Of a stretch of DNA of 64,000 nucleotides, positions 25,513-34,295 are shown piece by piece. Every line of letters begins with the position of its first letter. Positions within the stretch are counted from its first letter, which is position 1. The stretch spans positions 23,895 to 87,894 of the forward strand of contig JBFIJC010000001.1 of NCBI GenBank assembly GCA_041600915.1, in the 5' to 3' direction. The translations under genes and the position numbers were made by a program. A model generated the notes under the pieces. That model had not been told where the DNA came from. It saw only the letters and a list, made by a program, of their open reading frames with translations, and made no database searches. The stretch comes from Nitrogeniibacter sp. GTDB lineage: Bacteria > Pseudomonadota > Gammaproteobacteria > Burkholderiales > Rhodocyclaceae.

Positions 25513-27024
25513 ATGGCAAACGAAGTCGGCACTGCGTCTGGGCTGGAAGATCTGTTCGGGAAGATCGTCGCCTTCCTGACCACCGATGCAGACCTGGTCG
25601 CGAACAGCCAGCAGTGGCAAGTCCTGCGCCAGCGTCGGGACAACATTCTGTCGGCGACGACGAACCTGACGGAGCCGACGCAAGCGCAGTACCGAAAGAC
25701 CTTCCATACCTATCGCTACGATGCCCGGTCGCTCAACATAAACAACGAAGCCGGCGGATTCACAAACAACTTTCAGTCGTCTAGCTTCACTGTCGGCGTA
25801 AGCCATGTGACATGGCGGCTTCGAACTTCTCGCGAGGTCACCAAGGTACGTCTACGCGCGCCGACGTATTCGCCCAGCGTGACCTACATGCTGCGCAATT
25901 TCCGATTGCAGCACTCAGACGACGGGAGCGCATGGACAACCGCGCTGACGGTGAATTCGAACCCGACATATGCATTGGGAGAGACAAAGACGTTTGCCAT
26001 CGGGTCTCCGGGGTCTCACGTCTATTGGCGAATCCTGATGGACTCGGTGCAGCAGGGGTCTGGAACGACGATCAGCTGGACCAGCATGCTACTGCTCGAA
26101 GCAGATGACACCGTCGCGAACCACTTCGGTTCAGAGGTGATCCTCAAGGCCACGGGAACGGCTGGGACAGAGGAAATCTTCACCGGCATCAGGTCCGAAT
26201 ACGATGCCGCGTCCGGTTGGTACAACCTCTTCATGAACGGCTACACCGGCTACGACGCGAACGAAGAGTCTTGGCTCAAACAACCGGGGGCACTACCTGG
26301 GTTTGGCCAGACGTATCCGATGGCGGTGCCAATGGTGCCGTGCTGGGACACGACGATGCCGTACTGGTTTGCCGCGTCCGGGCGGTCGTTCCGCTTCGCG
26401 CTGAAGGTTTCGACCAGCTACGAGGGCGGGTATCTCGGATTCATCTTGCCCTATGCGACACCAGGACAGTATCCGTATCCGCTTGCCGTCGGCGGTTCTC
26501 TGGTCCCAACGGACGGCAGCCGGTCGTCTGAGTGGCGGTATTCGTACGCAAACGCTCGCCACGGAGCCTACCCGGGGCCCGGCGCCGACAGGTATGCCTC
26601 AACGGAGGGCAGCTGGGCGACGCTGTATCTGAGAGACCCGAACGGATCGTGGTCACCGTTTACCAATCGCGGTTCGGCTTCAATGACGCCGGATGGCGTC
26701 TATGGACCGTTGTACTCAACGGGAGGCGGTGCGTCTGGCGCGTGGCGCAGCGTGTGGCCGCACTGCATGAACGATCAATGGACGCTGGGTAAGCGCGCGT
26801 ACCGAGAATGCCTTGGGGGCGGCTATGTCTTGCAGCCGTGCGTTCTGATGCAGAGAGCGCCTACCCCAGCCGTGTTTGGTGAGCTCGAAGGCACATACGT
26901 TATCAGCGGCTATAGCAACGCCCCAGAAAACACGACGACGTTGGGTGGAGACACTGTTGTTGTTTTCCAGCAGGCCTATCGCAACACCATTCATGAGTTT
27001 TGGGCCCTAGCCCTCAACAGCTGA
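25513..27024 (+). CDS. Tail-tip-associated protein with discoidin(F5/8 type C)-like domain
   Basis: 503 aa. VTKVRLRAP...LRNFRLQHSDDGSAWTT...HVYWRIL (approx nt 25795-26053). N and C termini resemble the next ORF. Confidence 0.5.
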   Translation: MANEVGTASGLEDLFGKIVAFLTTDADLVANSQQWQVLRQRRDNILSATTNLTEPTQAQYRKTFHTYRYDARSLNINNEAGGFTNNFQSSSFTVGVSHVTWRLRTSREVTKVRLRAPTYSPSVTYMLRNFRLQHSDDGSAWTTALTVNSNPTYALGETKTFAIGSPGSHVYWRILMDSVQQGSGTTISWTSMLLLEADDTVANHFGSEVILKATGTAGTEEIFTGIRSEYDAASGWYNLFMNGYTGYDANEESWLKQPGALPGFGQTYPMAVPMVPCWDTTMPYWFAASGRSFRFALKVSTSYEGGYLGFILPYATPGQYPYPLAVGGSLVPTDGSRSSEWRYSYANARHGAYPGPGADRYASTEGSWATLYLRDPNGSWSPFTNRGSASMTPDGVYGPLYSTGGGASGAWRSVWPHCMNDQWTLGKRAYRECLGGGYVLQPCVLMQRAPTPAVFGELEGTYVISGYSNAPENTTTLGGDTVVVFQQAYRNTIHEFWALALNS

Positions 27025-27032
27025 GAGACACC

Positions 27033-28031
27033 ATGGCATATCAGACTGGAACATCGACTGAAGTCAATGACCTGCTGGACAAGTTCCGGCTATTTGCCAT
27101 CGCTCAGGGTTGGACGGCGAACCGTTGGGCTACCGTTGGGTCTGGGCGCGAGCTGTGTATTCAGAAAGGCCAGGCGTACTTCAATTTCCGCTCGTGGTCG
27201 AACGAGACGATGCTCGTCAATGGATCGACGGCGGCCGGAAAGTACGGCATCACGATGAACGGCTCTGACGGGTACAGCGCCGGGGCCGGGTGGGACACAC
27301 AACCGGGTTATCCGGCCCGCGGAACCTCCACCGGCGGAGATCAGGCTCACGTGATGTTCCCTCTGGTGACAACGACCGGTCCGTTCCCCGCGTACCACTT
27401 CTTCGCACCGGACAGCAATACGCTCTATGCCGAGGTCGAAATCACCACCGGGGCATTCCTGCGGTTCGGCTGTGGGTCTCTCGACCTGTTCAATCCGTCG
27501 GCCCCTGGCGGGGGGAGGTTCTGTTATGCGGTAACAGGAGGGCACGTCACCAACAGCACCGCCACTAACGCATGGCTCGGTACAACCGTCGATGATCCAA
27601 GCTACCACGTCGAATACGTCCCTTTCAGAGCGGCAGACTACAACACCAACAACGCAGGTTTTCCGTTCGGGTCGATGATTCGTGCCGCTTTCGCGTCTTT
27701 CGATAACTGGGCAGGGTCCGGGCGGTCGATTACGGCAGCCGGACTTCAGATGGCCTGCCAGGGTGGAGGATGTCACGACAAAGTGCTGCGCGAATACAGC
27801 CCTAACATGCTCAATGGAGTCGGCCTATTGCTGCCGAATATCGTCAGCCTGAACATCGGCGACGAATATCTGAGTCCGATCGGGGTGGTGCCAGGCATGC
27901 GGTACATGGACATGACCAACTATCTGCCCGGGGATGAATTCACGCTCGGGTCGGACACGTGGAAGGTCTTCCCGTGGTACCAGAAGGGCGGCCTGAGCCT
28001 GCAGCGCGGCATTGCCTACCTGAAGGTGTGA
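27033..28031 (+). CDS. Tail-tip-associated protein, shorter paralogue of the preceding ORF
   Basis: 332 aa. MAYQTGTSTEVNDLLDKFRLFAI compares with MANEVGTASGLEDLFGKIVAFLT. It lacks the discoidin-like insert. Confidence 0.5.
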   Translation: MAYQTGTSTEVNDLLDKFRLFAIAQGWTANRWATVGSGRELCIQKGQAYFNFRSWSNETMLVNGSTAAGKYGITMNGSDGYSAGAGWDTQPGYPARGTSTGGDQAHVMFPLVTTTGPFPAYHFFAPDSNTLYAEVEITTGAFLRFGCGSLDLFNPSAPGGGRFCYAVTGGHVTNSTATNAWLGTTVDDPSYHVEYVPFRAADYNTNNAGFPFGSMIRAAFASFDNWAGSGRSITAAGLQMACQGGGCHDKVLREYSPNMLNGVGLLLPNIVSLNIGDEYLSPIGVVPGMRYMDMTNYLPGDEFTLGSDTWKVFPWYQKGGLSLQRGIAYLKV

Positions 28032-28035
28032 CACC

Positions 28036-29703
28036 GTGGCCGTGATCACCACATACGGGCTGGTCAGCTTCGACTACCTGCGCCCGGCGATCGACTGGTC
28101 GCCGGAGATCGACGAGATGTCGTTTTCCGCGTTTCCGCCGCGTCAGATGTACGAGATGGCCACGACCGGTTACGCCGCCGTCACCAGCAACCTGCCGGTC
28201 AGCGAGCTCGATAACACGATCACGTCGTACCTGGCCAGGTCATTCCTCGATGACTACTACTACCGAGTGCATGTTCAGCCGGGGGTGATCGAGCTTGGCA
28301 ACCTGTTGTCCGCTCAGACCAGGAATGTCGAGGCCTGGAATGCGCACTTCGACGGCAAACTGCTGTCGTCGATCAGCGATACCGGTCTTGACGGGATCGA
28401 TCTCGCAGAACCGGTGGCCGCGCCAACGACGTTCGCGCCGCTCGAATCCCGCATCTACACGCTCAGTATCTCGATCAGCGGTTCTCCAACCATCGACGGC
28501 CAGTACGCATTCCTGTTCGCCGGAGAGACGCCGACGCTGCGCATCACCGGTCGGCGGGTTGTGGTGTGGCCATTCGTCCCTCAGACGCGGTTCAGAGAGC
28601 AGCTGCAGTGGCTGACAGACGTCATGCAGGCATATTCGGCGGAACAGCGGCTGGCTCTGCGCACCGCCCCTCGGCAGTCGTTCCAGTACGACTTCCAGCT
28701 CACGCCACGGCAGTACTCTCGCGCGAAAGCCATATCGACGCAGTGGGCGCATCGCGTCTATGGTGCCCCGGTGTGGGCAGAAGCGGTGCGCCTTGGCAAC
28801 CTGCCTGCCGGCGCCACGTCGCTTTCGTTCGACACCACGTCGGCCGACTTCCGGGCCGACGATGTTGTGCTTTTGTGGGAGAGCGACGAGAAGTTTTTTG
28901 CTGTTGAGACCACCACGAAAACTGATTCTTCCATGGGCTTGAAGCTGCCGCTCGACCAGGCATTCAACAACGCCTATGTGATGCCGCTTCGCTTCGCACG
29001 GACGCTGCGCGGCACGGAGTTCCGCCGCAGCGCGAACGACATCATCGACGCGAAGATGGTCTTCCTTGTCGGCAACAACATCGACCTCGGCGCATCGATC
29101 GGCCTGACTCAATACCGCGGTCTGGACGTCATGACCGATCGGTCAGTCGTCGTGTCAGGCATGGCGGAACGAATCGTTCGCGCGGTCGATGTCTTCGACA
29201 ACGGATCCGGGCCGATCGAGGTCGATCAGGAGCGCGCATATCCGGATCGGTCCGAGGTGCTGACCATGGATGCGCTGACGCGCGCCGAGGCTTGGCGCAT
29301 GCGGCAATGGCTGCACGCGCGCCGCGGACGGCAGAAATCGTTCTGGTTGCCTGGCTGGAACAACGATATCGAGATCATCGAGGACGTCGGCGCGGCGGCC
29401 TCTGCCATCACCGTAAAGCACATCGGGTATCCGTTCTATTACGGCGTATCGGACATCATGATCGACCTGTCCGATGGATCTCGGCTGTTCGGCCGCATCC
29501 TGTCCGGCGCAACCGACGGATCGGGGAACGAGATCCTGTCGCTCGAGGCGCCTTTAGGCGTCGCATTCACCGTCGCCGATGTCGTGCTGTGCTGCTTCAT
29601 GAAGCACGTGCGCCTGGACACCGACCAGATCGACGTCACGCATTCCTACGCCGGCAGGGCGACCGCATCCATGGCGGTGATCGAGATCCCGGAGGGAGCA
29701 TGA
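28036..29703 (+). CDS. Distal tail / tip component (lambda gpM- or RcGTA g12-position)
   Basis: 555 aa, GTG start. Called by position upstream of the gpL-like gene. No motif recognised. Confidence 0.5.
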   Translation: MAVITTYGLVSFDYLRPAIDWSPEIDEMSFSAFPPRQMYEMATTGYAAVTSNLPVSELDNTITSYLARSFLDDYYYRVHVQPGVIELGNLLSAQTRNVEAWNAHFDGKLLSSISDTGLDGIDLAEPVAAPTTFAPLESRIYTLSISISGSPTIDGQYAFLFAGETPTLRITGRRVVVWPFVPQTRFREQLQWLTDVMQAYSAEQRLALRTAPRQSFQYDFQLTPRQYSRAKAISTQWAHRVYGAPVWAEAVRLGNLPAGATSLSFDTTSADFRADDVVLLWESDEKFFAVETTTKTDSSMGLKLPLDQAFNNAYVMPLRFARTLRGTEFRRSANDIIDAKMVFLVGNNIDLGASIGLTQYRGLDVMTDRSVVVSGMAERIVRAVDVFDNGSGPIEVDQERAYPDRSEVLTMDALTRAEAWRMRQWLHARRGRQKSFWLPGWNNDIEIIEDVGAAASAITVKHIGYPFYYGVSDIMIDLSDGSRLFGRILSGATDGSGNEILSLEAPLGVAFTVADVVLCCFMKHVRLDTDQIDVTHSYAGRATASMAVIEIPEGA

Positions 29704-30512
29704 CCTACTCAGCACACGAGGCATCCGTCCAGCTCGGCGCCCCGGTCGAACTGTACGAGTTCGTCCAGGGCATCCAGCGCTGGCACTACATCAGCGGCAC
29801 AGAGGAGCTGGTACGCCTGGGCCAGACCTACAAACCATCGACGATCAAGCGCGACCGGATCAAGCAATCGACCGACGTGTTCAAGAACGGGATCAAGCTG
29901 ACGTTTCCGCGTGATCACGCGTTCGCGTCGCAGTTTCTGGGGTTCGCCCCTGAACTGGTGACGACGGTCACCGTGCTGCGCGGTCATTGGGGCGACACCG
30001 ACAGCGAGTTCATCGTCTATTGGAAGGGCCGCATCATCTCGGCCAAGGCTGCCGACTCCAAGATCGACCTGGAGTGCGAGCCGGTCTATACGTCGATTCG
30101 CCGGCCTGGTTTGCGGGCGAAGTTCGAATACGGGTGCCGTCACGTGCTCTACGGGCGCGGCTGTGGCGTCAATCGCGAGGCATACAAGCACACCGGCGCG
30201 GTGCTATCGCTCGCCGGAGGGCTTGATGCAGAGGTCGCCGGCGTTGATGGCGTCTTCGCTGATGGGTGGTTCACCGGCGGGATCATCTACGCACCCGACG
30301 ACTCGGCACGATTCATCGTCAATCACGTCGGTGGGGTGGTCACGCTGTCCAGACCGATGGCCAGCCTTTCAACCGGGCAGACCGTGAAGCTGTATCCCGG
30401 GTGCGACCATCTGCGCACTACGTGCGACATCAAGTTCAGCAACCTCGACAACTTCGGCGGGTTCCCGTGGATACCGTCGAGAAACCCGTTCGACGGCAGT
30501 TCGATCATCTAA
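29700..30512 (+). CDS. Tail tip hub protein, gpL-like (DUF2163 + BR0599 family, Cys cluster)
   Basis: YGCRHVLYGRGCGVN ... GWFTGG ... LYPGCDHLRTTCDIKFSNLDNFGGFPWIP. ATGA overlap with the upstream gene. Confidence 0.8.
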   Translation: MTYSAHEASVQLGAPVELYEFVQGIQRWHYISGTEELVRLGQTYKPSTIKRDRIKQSTDVFKNGIKLTFPRDHAFASQFLGFAPELVTTVTVLRGHWGDTDSEFIVYWKGRIISAKAADSKIDLECEPVYTSIRRPGLRAKFEYGCRHVLYGRGCGVNREAYKHTGAVLSLAGGLDAEVAGVDGVFADGWFTGGIIYAPDDSARFIVNHVGGVVTLSRPMASLSTGQTVKLYPGCDHLRTTCDIKFSNLDNFGGFPWIPSRNPFDGSSII

Positions 30513-30522
30513 GGGGTTCCCC

Positions 30523-30753
30523 ATGTGGTGGTATGTAGTGGTGTTCGTGGTTGCGCTCGTCGCATCCTATTCGATGATGCCGAAGCCTCAGAACGCGAAG
30601 CCGGCGGGCCTTGGCGACGTGACGGCACCGACGGCAGAGATCGGCAGGGAGATTCCGGTTCTTTTCGGGGAGCGCGACATCGAGGGGCCGAACGTAGTGT
30701 GGTACGGCGACTTCCGGGCGGTTCCGATCAAGAAAAAAGGCGGAAAAAAATAA
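30523..30753 (+). CDS. Lambda gpI C-terminal-domain-like small membrane protein (tail tip assembly)
   Basis: 76 aa. TM WWYVVVFVVALVASY, then MPKPQNAKP...PTAEIGREIPVLFGERDIEGPNVVWYG. Compare the lambda gpI C-terminus LLSPQPK...GNPVPLLYGELIVGS. Confidence 0.6.
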   Translation: MWWYVVVFVVALVASYSMMPKPQNAKPAGLGDVTAPTAEIGREIPVLFGERDIEGPNVVWYGDFRAVPIKKKGGKK

Positions 30754-30954
30754 ATGGGCGACCGAGTGATCGTGCGCATGGCGCACATGCGCAAGCTCGG
30801 CTATTGCGCAGCCGGAGTCAGGCGGTTTGCCGAGCGCCACGACCTGGACTTCAAGGCCTTCGTGCGCGACGGAATAGACGCCGACCGCTTGGCCGCCACC
30901 GGCGACGGCATGGCCCTGGCGGCAATCGAGGAGGCCGAGCATGGGGAGCAGTAA
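30754..30954 (+). CDS. Small hypothetical ORF wedged between the I-like and J-like genes
   Basis: 66 aa. Its ATG directly abuts the upstream TAA in the same frame, and its 3' end overlaps the J-like start by 14 nt. Confidence 0.5.
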   Translation: MGDRVIVRMAHMRKLGYCAAGVRRFAERHDLDFKAFVRDGIDADRLAATGDGMALAAIEEAEHGEQ

Positions 30955-33508
30955 AAAGCAGACCGTCGGGTATAAATACCACATCGGCCTGCACGCGATC
31001 CTGTGCCACGGGCCTGTCGACAAAGTCACCCGACTGACCTTCGACAGCAAAGTCGGATGGAGCGGCACATCGACCGGCGGACAGATCTCCGTGATCGCGC
31101 CGGACTTGTTCGGCGGCGAGGAGCGCGAGGGCGGGGTGTCCGGGGCGATCGACATCGAAATGGGGGCGTCGACGCAGGGGAAGAACTCCTATCTGCAGGG
31201 CCATCTCGGCGCTGCAATCCCCGCATTCCGCCGAGTCCTGGGCCTCGTGTTCCGCCAGTTCTACTTCGGCAACAATCCCTATTTCAAGGCATGGAGCGCC
31301 CGCGCCACGCGCATCCACGTCCGACAGGACGGAATCGCCCAGTGGTATGACGCGAAGGCCGAGATCAGCGGCGACATGAACCCGGCGCACATCATCCGGG
31401 AAACGCTGACGGATCCGGACTGGGGAATGGGGTATCCGGAAGCCGACATGGACGATGCCGCGTTCATGGCTGCGGCCGATACGCTGCACGCGGAAGGGAT
31501 GGGCATGTCCATCCTGTGGGACAAGCAGCAGGAGCTCAGTGATTTTCTGGCGGTGATCCTCCGGCACATCGACGGATCGCTCTACACAGATCGCAGCACC
31601 GGGAGGTTTGTTCTCAAGCTGGCGCGCGACGACTACACGGTCGGGTCGCTGATTCTTCTCGATGAGTCAAACGTTGAGCGGGTATCCGACTTCAAGCGCG
31701 CGACGGTCGATGAACTGACGAATCAGGTTTCTGTGGTGTTCTGGAACAAGAGCACAGGAAAGAACGACTCCGTCACGGTTCAGGACATTGCGCTGGCTGC
31801 CAGCCAGCAGGCCACCGTCGGCACCACTGTCCAGTACCCTGGATTCACGAACGGCACCATCGCCAGCAAAGTTGCTGCACGCGATCTACGCGCGCTCTCG
31901 ACGCCGTTGGCCACGGCGACGCTCTACACCACTCGGGCAGCCGCCCAACTGAACGTCGGCGATGTCTTCCGGTTCTCGTGGGATGAATACGGCGTCGAGC
32001 AGATCGTGTTTCGCGTGACGAACATCGAGCTCGGAGAGCTGACCAGCAACCTCGTCAAGCTGTCGGTCGTGGAAGACGTATTTGCGTTGTCGAGCGCGAT
32101 CTACGCGCCGCCCCCGCCGAGCGAATGGCAGAACCCGGTCGGCAACCCCGTTGCGGCCTCCTACCGGTCGGTGTTCAACGTTCCGTACTACCTTCTGGCG
32201 CGCGATATGGGGGATTCTGCTGCTGCGGGTCTGGACGCGACGGCATCCTATATCGCCGTGGCCGCGGCCCACCCTGGCAACGCCTCAATCAGCGCTCAGG
32301 TCCATGTCGATGAGGGCGCCGGCTACACCCAGCAGAGCGTGCTCAACTTCTGCCCAACAGCGATCGTGTCGGGAACCTACGGGCCGGCCGATACGGGTAT
32401 CACCATATCGAGCGGTGCGGACCTCGACCTGGTGAGCTCTGGCGACATCGTTGCCATGGGCTATGGCGTGTCCGACGCCTTCGAGTTGTGCGAGGTCGTC
32501 AGCGTCACCAGTTCGACGCTCACGGTGAAGCGCGGGATGCTGGACACAGTTCCTGCGCCGATCTCTTCCGGGATCAGAATCATGTTCCTGGGTCGCGGAG
32601 AGTACGCCGGAGACGTCCCGGTCGAGTACGCCGATGGCGAGTCGATCAGCGTCAAGCTGTTGCCGACCACCGGGAATGGGACGCTGGCTATCGGATCGGC
32701 GCCGGCCGACACGATCACCGTCGATGCGCGCCAGGACAGGCCGTACCCGCCCGGGAAACTGCGACTCAACAGCGCCGCCTACCCGACGTCCATCTCCGGC
32801 AAGTTGCTCGTCGAGTGGGCGCACCGCGATCGGCTGCAGCAGACCGCGCAGACGCTCGTCGATCAGAATGCGGCCAGCGTCGGGCCAGAGGTCGGAACGA
32901 CATACACGTTGCGCCTCTACGACCAGTCGAACACGCTACGGCGTACGGTCACGGGGCTGACAGGTACGTCATTCCTGTGGGCGGCCGAGCCGATCGATTC
33001 GGTCATGATGGGCACGGAGCGCACCGGGATAACCTGGACTCAGTCGGCGACACTGGCCGGCGAATCGTCGGCCAACGCGACGAACATGCGCGACGCCGTC
33101 CAGACGACCGGGACATGGACCAGCACCGGCGCCAGCTGGGTACAGGCGGATCTCGGGTCGGCTCAGTCGATCGGGGCTGTAGGTCTCGCGGCCGGACTCG
33201 TCGGCGTGCCTGGATCGACTTCGGCCTACCTGAACGGCTGCGTCATCCAGCACAGCCCGGATGCATCGGCATGGACAACCGTCGATACGGTCGCAGGGGT
33301 GACAGACGGTAACGGCACCAACGTCTTCACGTTCTCGCCGGTGTCTGCTCGATACTGGCGGATCAGCAATGCCAGCCAGATCGGGCTATCGGAATTTAGG
33401 CTGTACGCCTCGGCGACCTACAACACGTCGGTGCGCCTGGAGCTTGAATCGGTGCGTGATGGTGTGACAAGCCTGCAGAAGCACGACTACACAGTGAGTC
33501 GTGTTTGA
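30941..33508 (+). CDS. Central tail fibre / host-specificity protein (gpJ-like) with C-terminal discoidin-like domain
   Basis: 855 aa. MGSSKKQTVGYKYHIGLHAILCHGPVD compares with lambda J MGKGSSKG. C-terminus has IQHSPDASAWTT...ARYWRISNASQIGLSEFRLY. GAGGAGG RBS. Confidence 0.8.
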   Translation: MGSSKKQTVGYKYHIGLHAILCHGPVDKVTRLTFDSKVGWSGTSTGGQISVIAPDLFGGEEREGGVSGAIDIEMGASTQGKNSYLQGHLGAAIPAFRRVLGLVFRQFYFGNNPYFKAWSARATRIHVRQDGIAQWYDAKAEISGDMNPAHIIRETLTDPDWGMGYPEADMDDAAFMAAADTLHAEGMGMSILWDKQQELSDFLAVILRHIDGSLYTDRSTGRFVLKLARDDYTVGSLILLDESNVERVSDFKRATVDELTNQVSVVFWNKSTGKNDSVTVQDIALAASQQATVGTTVQYPGFTNGTIASKVAARDLRALSTPLATATLYTTRAAAQLNVGDVFRFSWDEYGVEQIVFRVTNIELGELTSNLVKLSVVEDVFALSSAIYAPPPPSEWQNPVGNPVAASYRSVFNVPYYLLARDMGDSAAAGLDATASYIAVAAAHPGNASISAQVHVDEGAGYTQQSVLNFCPTAIVSGTYGPADTGITISSGADLDLVSSGDIVAMGYGVSDAFELCEVVSVTSSTLTVKRGMLDTVPAPISSGIRIMFLGRGEYAGDVPVEYADGESISVKLLPTTGNGTLAIGSAPADTITVDARQDRPYPPGKLRLNSAAYPTSISGKLLVEWAHRDRLQQTAQTLVDQNAASVGPEVGTTYTLRLYDQSNTLRRTVTGLTGTSFLWAAEPIDSVMMGTERTGITWTQSATLAGESSANATNMRDAVQTTGTWTSTGASWVQADLGSAQSIGAVGLAAGLVGVPGSTSAYLNGCVIQHSPDASAWTTVDTVAGVTDGNGTNVFTFSPVSARYWRISNASQIGLSEFRLYASATYNTSVRLELESVRDGVTSLQKHDYTVSRV

Positions 33509-33766
33509 CGTACTTTGGTGGGCCGGCTGTCAGGCCGGCACGGCGAGCACATTGATCCACATGTAAAGGAATCGCAAGAATCTTTACTAAAGCGACACCA
33601 CACGCAAAGATTCGGCCTGTTTTTATGCAGGTCACAGCCCGCCAGATCGGCCGGCGAATCAAAAACTTTTTTCAGCGGCTCCCCAGAAATCCCCCGCGTG
33701 GCTTTCAATGCCGCGCCACTGCTGGTGGTTCGGCGCATGCAACCGGCACCAGTTCTACAAATTAGC

Positions 33767-33795
33767 CTTGACGACGCTAATTATTTAGTCTAAAG
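33767..33795 (+). promoter_or_regulatory. Sigma70-like promoter of tRNA-fMet
   Basis: TTGACG-N17-TAAAGT, about 14 nt upstream of the tRNA 5' end. Confidence 0.55.
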
Positions 33796-33809
33796 TCTCG
33801 TTTCTCTGA

Positions 33810-33885
<76 letters not shown>

Positions 33886-33890
33886 AACAG

Positions 33891-33933
33891 AAAGCACAAG
33901 GCCCGTATCGAAAGATCGGGCCTTGTGCTTTTC
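33891..33933 (+). terminator. Rho-independent terminator of tRNA-fMet
   Basis: AAAGCACAAGGCCCG-(11 nt)-CGGGCCTTGTGCTTT then TTC. Confidence 0.7.
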
Positions 33934-34074
33934 TGCGTCTGTTTGTGGTGCGTAGGTGCAAATCTACGCTTTGGCGCGCGCGCAACTGTCGGCAACGATC
34001 GCGCACGGGAGTCGTCTGTAAGCTTGCTTGCGCGGTGTTTTGAGTCTGGATCTGGCGCACGGGTAGTGGCGCTC

Positions 34075-34113
34075 AATAAAAAAGGCCAGAACTCCCGACT
34101 GAGCGTTCTGGCC
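34075..34113 (-). terminator. Terminator (probably the original ssrA terminator, now separated from ssrA by the island)
   Basis: GGCCAGAAC-(12 nt)-GTTCTGGCC. On the - strand it is followed by TTTTTT. It lies just beyond the displaced ssrA 3' fragment. Confidence 0.55.
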
Positions 34114-34143
34114 TTCTTCAGGATCTTTTCAGACCCTCTTGTT

Positions 34144-34168
34144 GGTGGAGCCGGGGGGAGGCTCCACC
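34144..34168. repeat. Island-distal att site: perfect 9-bp inverted repeat around a 7-bp spacer
   Basis: GGTGGAGCC-GGGGGGA-GGCTCCACC. The left half plus spacer equals the ssrA 3' end. Confidence 0.8.
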
Positions 34169-34220
34169 CGTTTATGTGTTCTCCGACCAATCAACGACTT
34201 GGCAGCGTTCGGTTCATAAA

Positions 34221-34242
34221 ATGGCACACCGAAGTGGCACAC
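34221..34242 (+). repeat. Two direct copies of TGGCACAC (candidate integrase arm-type sites)
   Basis: ATGGCACACCGAAGTGGCACAC. The 11-mer AAGTGGCACAC recurs at 40457-40467 near the other island end. Confidence 0.5.
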
Positions 34243-34271
34243 TGTGATGGTAGCTTAGTTTGATTCCTGCC

Positions 34272-34295
34272 TGCGGACGGGGGTTCGATTCCCCC
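34272..34295 (+). repeat. Inverted 24-nt copy of the ssrA T-arm
   Basis: TGCGGACGGGGGTTCGATTCCCCC is the exact reverse complement of 40543-40566. It forms a ~10-bp hairpin with a TTCGATT loop. Confidence 0.8.

Larger units (their letters stand above)
1..33508 (+). mobile_element. Prophage, partial (replication-to-tail modules of a lambdoid-organised siphovirus-like temperate phage)
   Basis: Uninterrupted + strand array: DnaB, RusA, NinB, Ref, late regulator, TerS, TerL, portal, MuF, lysis cassette, scaffold, capsid, neck, tube, G/GT, tape measure, tip genes. Left end is outside the window. The right limit can only be bounded to 33509-33766. Confidence 0.9.

Noticed and set aside
30745-30960. 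Stop-codon read-through or frameshifting fusing the I-like, 66-aa and J-like ORFs into one protein
   Set aside because: The A-runs and in-frame TAA-ATG are suggestive. However, lambda itself has separate I and J genes. The J-like ORF has its own strong GAGGAGG RBS. A fusion would need two recoding events. Separate, coupled translation is the simpler reading.
33515-33793. 92-aa + strand ORF (and a - strand 88-aa ORF) between the J-like gene and the tRNA
   Set aside because: The region is lower-GC and intergenic-looking. The ORF runs through the tRNA promoter, and it has no RBS or protein-like composition.
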